Shown here one piece after another: positions 27,404 through 40,173 of a stretch of 64,000 nucleotides of DNA. Under the pieces are notes generated by a model. The model did no database searches and was not told the origin of the DNA. It saw nothing but the letters and a program-made list of their open reading frames with translations. Every line of letters starts with the position of its first letter. Position 1 is the first letter of the stretch. The DNA lies in NCBI GenBank assembly GCA_040437565.1, contig JBDOQK010000002.1, forward strand, positions 310,001 to 374,000, written 5' to 3'. Both the position numbers and the translations under genes were made by a program. The stretch comes from Albugo candida (lineage: Eukaryota).

Positions 27404-28054
27404 ATGGTATTACACCTGACTAATTTTACTTCGAGAATGGCAAAACTAGAGCTTACCGTATCCTCTGTTTATTCGTGTTCGTAGTCACTCGTCGTTGGCC
27501 CAGATTTTCAGCATATTTTGCGTATTCTTAACACGAACATTGATGGACGTCGTAAGTGTTGGATTGCTCTAACTTCAATTGCGGGTATCGGTCGTCGATT
27601 TGCAATTCTGATCTGCAAGAAGGCTGAAGTGGATATCACTAAAAGGTATAGATTCTTATAACATTACACGAACTCAAAGTAACCTCATGTCAACGTAGAG
27701 CTGGAGAACTCAGTAATGATGAGATCGAACGACTTGTCGCGATCATCCAGAATCCACTCCAATTTAAGATCCCAGTATGGTTTCTGAATCGAAAGAAGGA
27801 TTACAAAACAGGCAAACATTCTCAAGCAGTGGCAAATAACCTGCAAGGAAAACTGCGTGAAGATCTAGAGCGCTTGAAGAAGATTCAGTAAGATGACCTT
27901 ACTTCCTTACATTTGATCAGCTGCTGACAAGATTGTTGATGCATATAGTACTCATCGTGGTCTTCGTCACTGTTGGGGACTCAAAGTTCGCGGTCAACAC
28001 ACAAAAACTACAGGTCGTCGTGGTCGTACTGTTGGTATCCTTGAGAAGAAATAG
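27404..28054 (+). CDS. RPS18: 40S ribosomal protein S18 (uS13), 4 exons, first exon only ATG
   Basis: Hand translation: [25 protein letters not shown]...KR|AGEL...[13 protein letters not shown]...[39 protein letters not shown]; absent from the ORF track because of introns. Confidence 0.95.
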
Positions 28055-28340
28055 AGGATCCACATCTCAAAAGCAGTGTGCTCATAAAGCATGCTAGAGT
28101 AGCGAGTCGCCGAATGCATCCTTTGTTTGACGAGAGATTTGCTAATATACAGATATGCTGAACCAACGATCATTGACGGAATACATCCTGTGTTTATCAA
28201 TCTTTACTTGCGCACTTGCGGGCTCTCGCGGCGTCTAATGCATATAAGCCCACCTCTGGCATACAAATCTGAGTCAAAAGGTATTGACTTCAAACAAATT
28301 TTTCATGACTCAGATGATACCGATAATATTAAGGTAAATA

Positions 28341-29220
28341 ATGGAAACAGAAGGCGCAAATGAGTATCGCGTAGATCGAACTGACACCACGAAAAGCGCC
28401 AATCTGAGCGCGACGCGTAATAATGTCGTTGTCAAGGTTGGGATGGTTGGTGACGCGCAGGTGGGTAAGACGAGTTTGATGGTTAAGTACGTTGAAGGCA
28501 AATTCGATGAGGATTACATACACACGCTTGGTAGGTCCACCCCGGTGGTAAGTGCATTCGGCTTCACACACATTCTGTGTAGGTGTTAATTTCATGGAAA
28601 AGACCATTGCATTACGTAATACCGAGATCACATTTAGCATTTGGGATCTAGGAGGTACGCTTCGGGTCTCATATGCTTGTAGCTGTGCAGGTTTAAATTA
28701 GATGCACAGGACATCGAGAATTTATCAGCATGCTTCCTCTTGTGTGCAATGATGCTGTTGCAATTCTCTTCATGTTTGATCTGTCAAGAAAAGCCACACT
28801 GACAAGCATCAAGGAATGGTATCGTCAAGTACGTTCCATCAATAAGGTGAGTATCTCAACTACGCAAGGCAGCCGACAAAAAGTAACTCGCATTTCTCTG
28901 TGATTGCAATAGAATGCGTTTCCTTTTTTGGTTGGAATGAAATATGATGTCTTCAGTAAATTCAATTCGGAAGAACAGGAAGATATCACAAAGCAGGTGC
29001 GGTTGTTGTATCACGATCACCAGCATGTTACTAAAGCTAGCTACGATGCATCTAGGCAAGAAAGTTTGCAAGAGCGATGAAAGCGCCACTTATATTCACA
29101 TCGGCCTCACACTCTATCAATGTTCAGAAAGTATTCAAAATTGTGCTGAGTAAGGTTTTTGACCTCAAGTGTACCGTTCCGATGATAGAAAAAATTGGTG
29201 ATCCGATTTTGCAATATTAA
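28341..29220 (+). CDS. SPG1: Spg1/Tem1-family small GTPase (septation initiation / mitotic exit), 5 exons
   Basis: [86 protein letters not shown]. Confidence 0.93.
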
Positions 29221-29230
29221 TTATGTGCAT

Positions 29231-30565
29231 TTATCTTTGTCGAGATTTGCCTCCATACCGTCGCTTATGGTCTACATGGCATCCCATACCATAACGACAG
29301 ATATGACACTCCGGGATCATCCAGTGAAACGATCCATTCTCAACTGTGAAGCTTACTGCGAATTCACACGAATAACGATCGCATAGAGCCTTGTATTCTT
29401 CCTCGGTGACAATTTCATACATACAGGAAGCTTGGAGATCCGCACTGAAAGGAAATAGATTAGGCTTTTGGAGACAGGATCCCGATCAGCGTGATTCTTA
29501 CCTTTGAGTTGCCCTTATTGCTTCGTCCATGGTAAATCCTGATAGAAATAGCGTCAGGTACATTGGTGGTATCAAGTTTTTGTGTGCTACGCAGATCAAT
29601 TCTGCGTTCATTATAGGACCGGGAACGGTGTCTTCATTTGCTCGAACATAATTTCTCCATCTAAAAAGCCACGAACGAGGAACCAAGTAATATTCAGGCA
29701 CATCAAACAACACGTTGTAATCATGTAGCAAATGCCCATCTGGAGCAAACAGCTGATTCGGAAACCCTGTTTTTCGTCCCAAAAGGCTGAGCAGCTGATT
29801 GGAATCTCCTGTGTGTTCGCTGAATCTCTCCTGTTTTTCTCGTTCTCTTTCTTCCTCCTGCATTCGCATCTCGAGCACACACTCCCAACAATCTGTTGTA
29901 CCACCCGGAAAAAGTCCACCCGGTTCGCTGCTTCTACTATCGATAAGAAGCTTCATTTTGTCCCATGCTTTTGTCGGTATAAAAGCTCGTTTGTATCGCC
30001 CAATACAGCTCGCAAAAGGCTTGAGACTTTCATGTTTACAACTCAATGAATCTTTCAACTCATCCGATATCAAATGTTCTTTCTTCACGTACGTCGATGA
30101 GAATTCAGCATAGCACAATTCATTGAGTCTCGCTTGTTTCTTCTTCTTACGTTTACTCGTCTTAAATTGCTGAAGGTACTGGTCGTACAGATGACACCGT
30201 TTTTTCAATGCTAAAATCCACGCTTTGCTTACAATCACATAGTTTGTGTGGCTTGCACGTAAAGATCGCTGCTGAAAGTGCTCATCGTTATTATAGACTG
30301 AAGTAAAAAAAGTTTTCATTTGAGCCATCTCACCGCATTTGAGAACAAACGCTGTTCGTGGCCACACATATTCGTCATTAAGGACAAAAGAACAATTTGT
30401 TCCAAAGCGATTCTTTATGAGTTCATCGATTGCTTTTTGCACATCGACTTCCGTCACATTCAGTCGTTTTGATGTCTGATTAAGCCTGGCTATATCATGC
30501 GCTGAAAGGCACCTGAAAATTGTCAAGAGCGCTCCGAAAGGCAGATGCTCCATCACAATTAGCAT
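29231..30565 (-). CDS. F-box protein with USP48-like DUSP region (2 exons; intron 29445-29501)
   Basis: N-terminal LPFGALLTIFRCLSAHDIARLNQTSKRL (F-box); YYLVPRSWLFRWRNYV..PGPIMNAELIC..H and YEIVTEEEYKALCDRY (DUSP-like); C-terminal CHIC. Confidence 0.65.
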
Positions 30566-31017
30566 GTCATTCGACACTCAGTACCAGCCTTTACAGTGGA
30601 CTGTCCCAAAGGTTTTTCCACAATTGTATTCAGTGGGCCGCTGCTGTTGACATGAAGGCATTATCCTACTTTCATGGGTACCCATGTGTATACTTTGCAT
30701 TGCTTTCTTATTCTCCAATCTACTTTACCCCGCACCGGTATCGCGTACGTGTTTGAGTACCGCTGCTGGTGATTTCTACCCATTGAACACCTATACCGCC
30801 GAATGAACAAATGTTCTCTCTTTCCCGTATTCTGGCAGAGGGTAAGAAGCCAGCACAAAGTAACTTCCAATAAGAGTGTTTTACATACGAACGAAAATTA
30901 TTTGCAACGTAATTCTGAGTATCGGGAGACCCACAATAATCAGGGACTCATTCTCGAATCATACTAAATTAGATTTCTCTTATAATCGGCCTTATCGCTA
31001 ATCATAATAGTTTTTAA

Positions 31018-33938
31018 ATGCCGATTGCGTTGGTACGCGTAGAAGAATTAGAGGAATGGATAAGTCAGGTTACCGGACAGGATATTCGGAATGAACATCT
31101 CTCTGTGACTTTGCAAAACGGACAAGTGTTATGTCAACTTGTCAACGCTTTAGATGGATCAGCGAAATTGAGAGTAAACCGTTTAACGACAGTTTTTCAT
31201 TCAAAATCCAATATTAATTTGTTCCTGGATTGGTGTCGTGCTCAAGGTTTGAGTGACGTGGAATTATTCGAAACAAATGACTTACTGGAAACGCGAGAAT
31301 TTGAGAGAGTGATAGTGACACTGTCAGTTTTGTATGAGCAATACGACGGCGTACGATATTCTCTAGCATGTACTACAGCAAAGTCTCCATTGAACTCTAC
31401 TGAAGACAATGATGACAATTCGAGTTGTTTTGAGGATGAGTTTGATGAAGACCTGACACGAACACAATACATCAGCAAAGCGAGTAGTAAATTATCCTCG
31501 TTTGTGAAAGGGAACTTTCTCAGTGTGAAGAAGAAAAAAGGAAAACTGTTTAGCAGGAGCGCTTCACAAGAACAAGGAACACCAATCGGTACCCCACCAC
31601 CGTCAACGCCATGTCCAGAAGATGAAATTGATTTGGAAGACAAACCAAAGACTCCTGCAGCAACCACTAATCGAAAAAATCGTACCAATTCAAAACTCGA
31701 GATTTTTCTTGAGCAGGCTCCTCCAGCAAATGCCATTGCATCAGAACAGAGTAAACGCCCTACGCCAGCAAGGAAAAAGTCATCAGCCAAGGAACAATCA
31801 TTACCTGTACCTGAATCGACGCAACCACAGTCGAAAAAACTGAGTCAATCGATGAAAGGGCTCCGAGCAAAAGCGAGTCCATTTGCGTCCTTTTCAAATA
31901 AGGACAATCGAAAAAAACTGTCAGGTTACATCAAAAACAATTCATTAGGTGGGGCCTCCTCAACCAGCAAGCAGACTTCCAAGCCAGAAGAATCTGCAGC
32001 AACGAGTAAAACATCTGTCAAGGATGGCAAGTCGATAAATTCAATCAAACAGGTCTCCGTGGGAATTAACCGACAGGTGGAAGAACGAGATGAATCGTCT
32101 CACAGGAAAAAGCCTGATGCTCCGACAAAGACGTCTAAGGCCACAAAGAATAATTTAAAAGAATTTATTGCAAAACAGCCGCCAGTTATACCAACCAGTC
32201 CTCAGGTTCCTCGCACACAATCAAGCAAACTAGCGGCGTTTTTAGCAATAACTGAGAAATCACCGAAAGGAGGAACTACCCCAGAAACTCAATTTGCATC
32301 GTCTCCGAACGTACCCCCACGACAAAATATCCCAATATCAACATTTTCGGCATCACAAAGAGTCAACAATAGCACAGCACCGACAATTTCTCCTCGGAAT
32401 CGTGTTCGGAGATCAACAAGAAAAGGAAACTATGTTCGTAAACGTCAAACTTACTGGATCCCGGAGAAACGACAAGCCACCTTCAGCTTGGAAAATAAGC
32501 GGAGAAGATTTATGGAAGAACAACTGAAAATGAAAGATGAGCAATTGCGGAACTCTAGTGGAGATACGATGAAGCAGAACCTGATTGTTCCTGGAGTACA
32601 TTGTTATGTTCCCGATGACGAAGACGTATGGCTTCCAGCCCAAGTCGTTGAATATGATCAGAAATATCACCAGGTGAATGTTGAAGTGACATTGGACGAT
32701 GGAGAAGTAGAGACTCGTCACATCAATCTGAACAATCGAGATGTGATACGAAGTATCGCTGGACCGAATGCCACTTCAGTCGAGTCTTTACCAATTGCTA
32801 TTCAACATGACAACACGAATGGCGTAGAAGATATGCGATTGTTACGGTTTCTGAACGAGCCATCCATTTTATTCAATCTTAAAAAACGCTTCGAATCGTC
32901 TCAACCTTACACATACTCGACAGATATCGTTATCGCGCTGAACCCATACAAATGGATCGATAACTTGTATGGACACGACACACATGCTCAGTACTTGAAA
33001 ATGGATCGAGACAAACTGACACCGCATGTCTATGCAACTTCGTCAGCTGCGTATAAACACATGATTGAATTCGAGACGAATCAGAGTATCCTTGTAAGTG
33101 GAGAATCAGGAGCGGGCAAAACAGAGANNNNNNNNNNNNNNNNNNNNNNNNNNNNNNNNNNNNNNNNNNNNNNNNNNNNNNNNNNNNNNNNNNNNNNNNN
33201 NNNNNNNNNNNNNNNNNNNNNNNNNNNATGAAGTCGGACTTTTACTACGATGAGGCTACATGTATCCAAAAAATCGTGCTGGGGTACCTTGAACGTCGTC
33301 GGCTAGAACGTAAGATCAGCGCCGCAATTCAGATCCAGTCAGTCATGCGAATGAGATTAGAGCGAATGGAATTCAAGCTGCAACGAAGAGCCATTGTCAG
33401 CATTCAGCGATGCTGGCGGCGCTTCTTGATGATCCCAGGCGCGCCTGAAAATGATTCAATCGTCGAATCACCTGGTCAGATTGAGGAAAATGAATCACGA
33501 GGGACAGATGATGTACGATCTTCAAAGCTGTTCGAGGAAGATGTTGTTGACGATGTATTCGATGACCCTGCAACCGAAGGAAGCGATGTAAGCTATGAAA
33601 GTAGCAACGGACCGGCAACCCCACCACGCAAGGGAAAGTCATTAAAAGATCGATTTATTAACATGCGACAAAAGGTGAATATCGTTGACGATTTCTCATC
33701 AATGAGAAATCTTCGAGCAAACAGTGTGAAGCGCATGGGTGAGCTGACAGATAGCGCTCAGCGAATGCTTGATGGACTCGAGGGACAAAAGAATTCCGTA
33801 TCGTTGGAGGAAGAGAATGCAATGCTTCGAGCAGAAAATCAGAATTTACAATATGATTTGGAAATGATGCGTGAGCAATGCATTGAATTACAATCCATCA
33901 TAGTCGAGATTAATAGAAGTCGGAAAAGGTTTCAATGA
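31018..33938 (+). CDS. Myosin with N-terminal calponin-homology domain; most of the motor domain lies in gap 33128-33227
   Basis: CH motifs (LQNGQVLCQLVN, NINLFLDWC..QG...LFETNDL); SH3-like WLPAQV; motor motifs EDMRLLRFLNEPSILFNLKKRF, ALNPYK, PHVYA, NQSILVSGESGAGKTE; after the gap, three IQ-like motifs and a coiled coil. Confidence 0.85.
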
Positions 33939-34014
33939 TGTTGGAATGAAAACTTTGCATTGTTAACTGTTTGGTCACAGATATATAATCATACAAAATA
34001 CATGTGCTATTATT

Positions 34015-35620
34015 CTATATCGATGGGTAGTGCGGATCAAATTGCGCTGGAAACACTTGATTCAGCCAATGTAGCCACCCCTCGGTCGACTTTTCATTCG
34101 AGGGTTCATCCAGGACTTCGTGACAATAAAGATCAAATAGTCGTCTGGATGTCTGTCTTTTACGTCGTGACATTTCAACGACGATCTCATCGGATCCCCA
34201 GACTTCTTTCTTGTTACTCAGATCATAAGAGGCGCTCTGGGGTAGTTTTCCTTCAATCGTAAATCCTTCAAATACTGCCAGAGAATACAACGTCTCGCTC
34301 CACCATGCCTCCTCTTCTACGTCAGAAGGAATTTTCGGAAGCGGATTGATTTCCGTTGGTGAGATCGTGTCTTTTGTACGGCGGTATCTTTTGCGTAAAC
34401 AAGGCGAGTACGTTAATTGTTTGTACTTTTGATTTTTTGAACATGCTATAGTACCAGGGAAGGTACATCCTGTTTCGCAACCACATGGCGCATTGCACCG
34501 CTTCTTTGTGCAATAAGCATCACATTTTGGTGAAGAGGTCTTGCTGGGATCATTAAATCGGTTGTTGCTTAGGTTGTAAGGACAACTTCTGTACAACAAT
34601 TCATTCGAGAAAGTGTTCTGCTTCTCTTCGAATAAGTAATTGCACAATTGCTGGGCCGAGTAATCAGCGATCTTAATTTGCCGCTGGTCATTGAATATTG
34701 CATAGTTGAACATGACGTGTTTTCTGAGCAAATGCTTGTCACCAAATCGATTCCCTTTCGTTTGCTTTTGACTCGGATCAAGCGAAATTCTGACAACGTT
34801 GAAGGTCGCAAGAACAGAGACGACGTCATAAATTCGTCGATTCACGTCCACCGAATTCCTGTCTTCGTCCTTACAGACCTTCAATGTCTTCGCACAAAGT
34901 AATCGAGTGCTGATTTCGTGCAGGGAAATGGCTTTGATACCTTGATCTCTCAGAAGTAGACAAATCAAATTTGCGGCTGTCACAGCCAGACAAGGTAGCT
35001 GCTCAACTGAGTCAATTCGATCCGTCATCTCTCTTTCTTGTGAGCGTACGAATCCGTCCCCGCTCCAAAGTTGACTGGTGCCTTCTCTCATAGCCAAGAC
35101 CGCTCGGTAAGCAGCTATTCTTCCATAATAAAAAAAGTAGCCTCCCTTTCTTCTCGTAATATTTTCTTCTTCAAAACGTGCACGGGTTATAACTCCAAGA
35201 CCTTTGCAAATCCGTAGACTGAATAAAACGAGCGTTTGAAATCATACTGAGCATTTCACCTTCTAAAACGTGTAGCACATCATATATTCTCCTTTTTCTT
35301 GGCACTAAAATTAAATCGTCTTTTTCAAGTGTCACACCCAACTTTTATGCGAGCATACCGATGATTTGATGAAACTCACTGACAGGAATGATCACTGGAA
35401 ATTGGACCGATTGGGTAGATTTCTGTTTCTTTTGGAGAATTTCGTACTCGTAGAAAAAGGATGTGATCACTCTTGCTCTAGCAACTTAATTAAATGTCCG
35501 CTATACGCTCCGCAAGATCACTTACATTTGTCCGAGGGACTTTGCTTCACTTATGAGCTTCTGAACGAGTGTGAGCGTCTCAGCGGGGAGATAAAGATTT
35601 TGTGGATTAGATCGGCACAT
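34015..35620 (-). CDS. Atypical E2F (DEL/E2F7-8-like) with two tandem winged-helix DNA-binding domains, 4 exons
   Basis: Reconstructed exons 35620-35526, 35477-35359, 35304-35260, 35201-34015 give EAKSLGQIAR...RKRRIYDVLHVLEGLGVI...YYG, then a second motif NRRIYDVVSVL; all introns GT-AG and in phase. Confidence 0.85.
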
Positions 35621-35846
35621 TTCGCAAATGGGAATCACAAAATGCTTCCCTTGAATGAGATTTTTTGTAGCTATTTGCTTTCCTTTGCTCAAAAGGAAAG
35701 ATATTTCAACTAAACTTCAATTTGTTTCGTGTTGATTTCCTTCTCAAAGAATCGGTCTTGCAATAGATTCCACATCACAATCTTACTGTTCGTCCTTTGC
35801 AGAGAAACAAAATCGTGATTCTGCGTCAACGCATTCTAACTCAGCC

Positions 35847-38800
35847 TCAATTTGATTTTAACGAGGAGAACGAGAGAAGATCGTAGCGATCGTCACAAGA
35901 ACTATGGAGCATTACGTATCGTTCTCGAGTCCACCGGGCATTTTTGAGACCGATCGTATTCAATTCTTCACAAGTCTGCTTGAAAATCTTTCGATGCTGC
36001 GGGAATTTCATGAACAATTTCTCCATCCCGGACTCCCCTTCCAGCATCATGATGGATCCAAACTCACGAAGGATCGAATAAGGAACGTCTACCGATAGTA
36101 TTTTCATTGTTTCATCTCCGGTCGATGAAAATGTCGTATTAAGCCATTTGCAAGCACGACGTGTCATACGTTGACTTTCAGTATGACGTCGATTTCTATC
36201 TTTTCCATACTTTTTGTCCAGGAGCACCACATCGACCATCGCACTGAACGATGAATAAGCGGCTTCATTATTGTCTTTCGGTCGATGCGGAGAAGTCTCA
36301 GCATTGATGACCGATATATTTCGCTCTTTTCCTGATGCAAATTCACCATTCACTTTGACATTTTGTAGTAAGTACAAGAGATGATCACTCAATGCATTGC
36401 AACTGACTACAATATCTGCTTCGGCTGGATTGCGGACGGATTTCACCTTGACTTGATTTCTATCTTGGGTCAGATGTTGCTGGATAATGACCATCCAAGG
36501 AATACTTTGTTGCTGACAATAGGCTTCCAAATCTTCCAAATGCGGTGATTCCGGATGGACAAAGTCGGCATTGATGCCTGCTCTCCACAATATTGTCGCC
36601 ACATGCATCCGTACTAACGTCATGTCAGATGTCACTTTGACCGAGCAGACAAGTACTAGTGGACGATTTCGAAGCAGTACTTCCAGCCCCGAGGTCTTGA
36701 CCTCATTGGACGAGTTGCTGCATGTCATCAAGCCAGCTATCAATCTGTCCATCGAGAAGCGAATGCCGATTGCGCCGACAAATGTTTTCTTCAGGTGAGC
36801 AACAGGTAATCTGAATCGTGTTATCAGTGAATCATAACGACCACCTTCGGCGAAAACTTTTGCACCAAGACTTTGAGATTTATAAGTCCCAGCATTGGAA
36901 TCCAACGAAACGGCCTGGAACACTAGACCAGAACAAAATCGACGAGGATAAGGATCGAGTCCCAAGTCGATGCGAAGACATGCCGATCCAGCAACACAAG
37001 AAAAAGCTTCGATATCTTGCAATAATACTTGGAGTTCAGCAAGAGCCTCTTGTATGTCTCTCATGATCTGAGCTACCTGATTTTGCTTTTTTTGGAGGTA
37101 GCGAATTTCATTCTTTGCATCTGCTCCCTTTGGTACACAATTCTTCAGATGAGTGGAATAATTCGCAAAGAGCGTCCGGAATTCACGTCTCAAAATGCTC
37201 AAGGTTGCCATTCCGTCTTCAGGGAGAGTGAAAAAGGCTTCAAGTGCTTCCATCTTGGTTTGATCCATTCCATGAGCTCGCATCTGCTTCAGTAGAAATT
37301 TCCAGCGACCATGTTGCATTGTGCTGGGCGCTTTTGATGAAGCTCCGAAATGAACATGGGCTGCGACCTCGTTTGATACCAGTGTTAGAAATTCTTTCCT
37401 GACACGTGACTCTCTAGGAATATCGCTGAGCATGAGAAGGCCATTTGTGAGTCGGATGTCACTCAGTCGAAGATAAAATGACCCCGAAAAAGATGAGCAT
37501 TTCAAAGATTGTGCAACCTCTGAGATCATGTGCAAAGATTCCAGGTGAAGAAATCGAAAAGTGTCTTTTTCGTCCCAGAGTATGTCAACAGCAGCCTCTA
37601 AAAGCTCTCTTGGATGTCCGCCACCTACATTTTTACGATAAATGCGAGCGAACTGATAGCTTTTCATCCTCGTCAAATTATGTCGGGCAACATAACGTGC
37701 ATAGCGCTCCGTCAAGTCGAAAGGAAGCATCACAGGAAGACCGCTTCCATCGATGAGGTAAGCTGATGCTTTAGAAAATTCCAAAGCTATCCCAGTGTAA
37801 TTGAGAACCGGGCTTTTGGGCATTAACAGTGGTGTGGTATGTTCCGTGGCACCATGTCGTTCAAATATGCGCTATGAATCACTGTCAGCTACTTGGAGGT
37901 ATACGATCAAAGCAGTACATTCACCTGCAAGGTTTTTTGGATCAGCGTCTTTGCATGTTGTTCTCGATGAAGAAATCGGTGATTAACAGAGTCCAGATGA
38001 TCATACGTATAGTCGATATGGTCCTCGCACTCTCGATTCATAAGAGCATCAATTAGCTGGTTGTACAATTTTCCTTGTGGATTTGTGAGTGTTTCCAAGG
38101 CTTCCTTCAAATAAGTACTTTCGACTTCGAGCTTTGGTGGAATCAATGAGCTTCTCAGCAATTCTGTGGATGTTGGACGTTCCTGAGAATTAGCCTTGCA
38201 CATCCAAAGGATTATGGTCTTGACGTTCTCGACAGCGTCAAATGTCGATGGTAACATCTGAAGGTCACGCAAATCACTCAGAGCTTTGGCACGTTCCATC
38301 AAGGTTGTGAAGGGTGGCGACCACATTTCAAAGAAAAGTACTCCGAGCGAATAAATATCCGCCTTGAGGTCATAACGATGCCCTTTTTCTTGTTCTGGCG
38401 CACGATAGAAGGCTGTTCCAACGCCAGCAGTTATGCTTTCTTCAGCATATTCTGAATCGATCGATACATTGAATGGCGTTGCATCAGTGATATCGATTTT
38501 TTCCAATTTCAGCTTGGCGTAACAATCCGCAGCAGACGAACCGGTAGAATTGGTCATGTGAAATTGAAACGAGCTGTCTCTGACACTTTCATCTTCCCCG
38601 TGTTGTCCGGACAAGACTCGGGCAGGACGTACTGCGAGCCCGAAATCACCCAATTTCACATAACCATCAGCATCAAGAAATATATTAGAAGGTTTGATGT
38701 CTCGATGAATGATACCTTGACGATGAATATACACAATTGCCTCGAGAATTTGACGGAAAAGAGTCCATATTTTATTATGATCGTTCCATAAACTTCCTTC

Positions 38801-40173
38801 ATCAATGACTTCTCGTAATGCATTACCTTCGCAGTATTCCATTTGTATATATAATTTCTCATACCGCTTCTTTTTATATTCGTGTGCTTTGACCGATTTG
38901 TCCAAGGTTGTAGTACTTGCATCCACGTAGGCTTCCTCCAAGATATTCCAGTCTTTATCGTTATCACTGTGATGGGAGATGTTGTTATATGCAGACAAGT
39001 CCTCCCGGCTCTTATTCGTGTGGTCCGAATGACTCTTTCCGTAGCCTTTATGATTAGTCCCTTTACTGGATATGCGCTGAACACCATCAAAATCAAAAAA
39101 TCCTATTTCTTCCTCTTCTATATTCCAATAACGACTACTGTGCGTTCGTGTGTAGAGACTTTCCTCGTCCTCTTGATCTGTTTCAATTTCTTCTAATGCA
39201 TGTCCGTCATCCCCTTCAATCCACGCTTGAAAGTATCGCACGATATGCCGATGCTGCATTCTCGAAATAGTTTTTACTTCTCTCAAAATCTTTTTCTTTG
39301 TCCTTGGATCATCAGCATCCAACTTGATTTTCTTTACGGCATACAGCTGACGATCCAGCCTATTCTGAGCTTTGACAACTTCTCCACCACCACCACGACC
39401 GAGTAACCCAATTTCTTTAAAATCGTTTATGTACCGTGAAGTACTGCGCTCAACGTAATTATCTATCTCATCGGAAGAATCAGAGCTGTTGGATTCATTG
39501 ACAGAAATAGAGTCCTTCTTGTGATCAGAGTTCTCTTCACATTTCTCGTTGGTGTCGAGGTTCTTGGGCTTGTTCGCTTGTTTCAATTCGTTCCACTCAC
39601 GCTTCTGTTTTCTTCGTTCCATTTCAATCGTTTCGACCAGTCGTTCAAACTGTATCCGTTCTTGTTCCTCCTGTCGATTTCGAGACTCCTCTTCTTCTTG
39701 TCGCATCTGTGCTTCCAATTGTTTCTTTCGAAGCATCATTTCATCGAAAAATGAGACATTCGGTCGGGTTGTATCTTGTTGTTGTGATGTGATAAAATCT
39801 TTTGCATGCATAATCAAATCATAAATCATGACATCTCCTTTTTTCTGCTCGGCAAGTTCCAGTAATTCTTTCTCCAACTGAATTCTCTTTGAATCCGGTA
39901 AGCCTCGGAGGATCTGGACCGAGATTTGAGGGATCCCCTCGACTGGATAGAGTTTACCCAAGTCAAAATCCAAAGTGATTAGTGTGCTTGCGTTCCCACC
40001 CTCGCAGAACGATTCCAAGGTAACAGAAAATATGTGAGTGTAGAGTGGTGTTGCAGATTTCAATATAAAGTCCGAGTCGAAAATTGCACGTAAAGCTTCG
40101 ACTTCCTGTTCTTTTAGCTCTGATGCAAGTTGTATCGATTTATGATTGGGTGATGCTGAGGTGGCTTGCGTGT
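35847..40173 (-). CDS. GCN2: eIF2-alpha kinase GCN2 (RWD, kinase, HisRS-like, anticodon-binding); short first exon probably hidden in gap 40230-40329
   Basis: RWD EQEVEALRAIF; SRYINDFKEIGLLGRGGGGEV, LYIQMEYCE, HRDIKPSNIF, DFGLA, GTAFYRAPE; intron 37872-37924 joins to RIFERHGA; HisRS-like LPFDLT..ARY, GHPREL, AEGGRYDSLI. Confidence 0.95.

Noticed and set aside
37823-37924. Programmed frameshift in GCN2 (and similar ORF breaks in AK9, PRP3, BRAP2)
   Set aside because: The GCN2 break is explained by an in-phase GT-AG intron (37872-37924); short introns are the simpler explanation for the others
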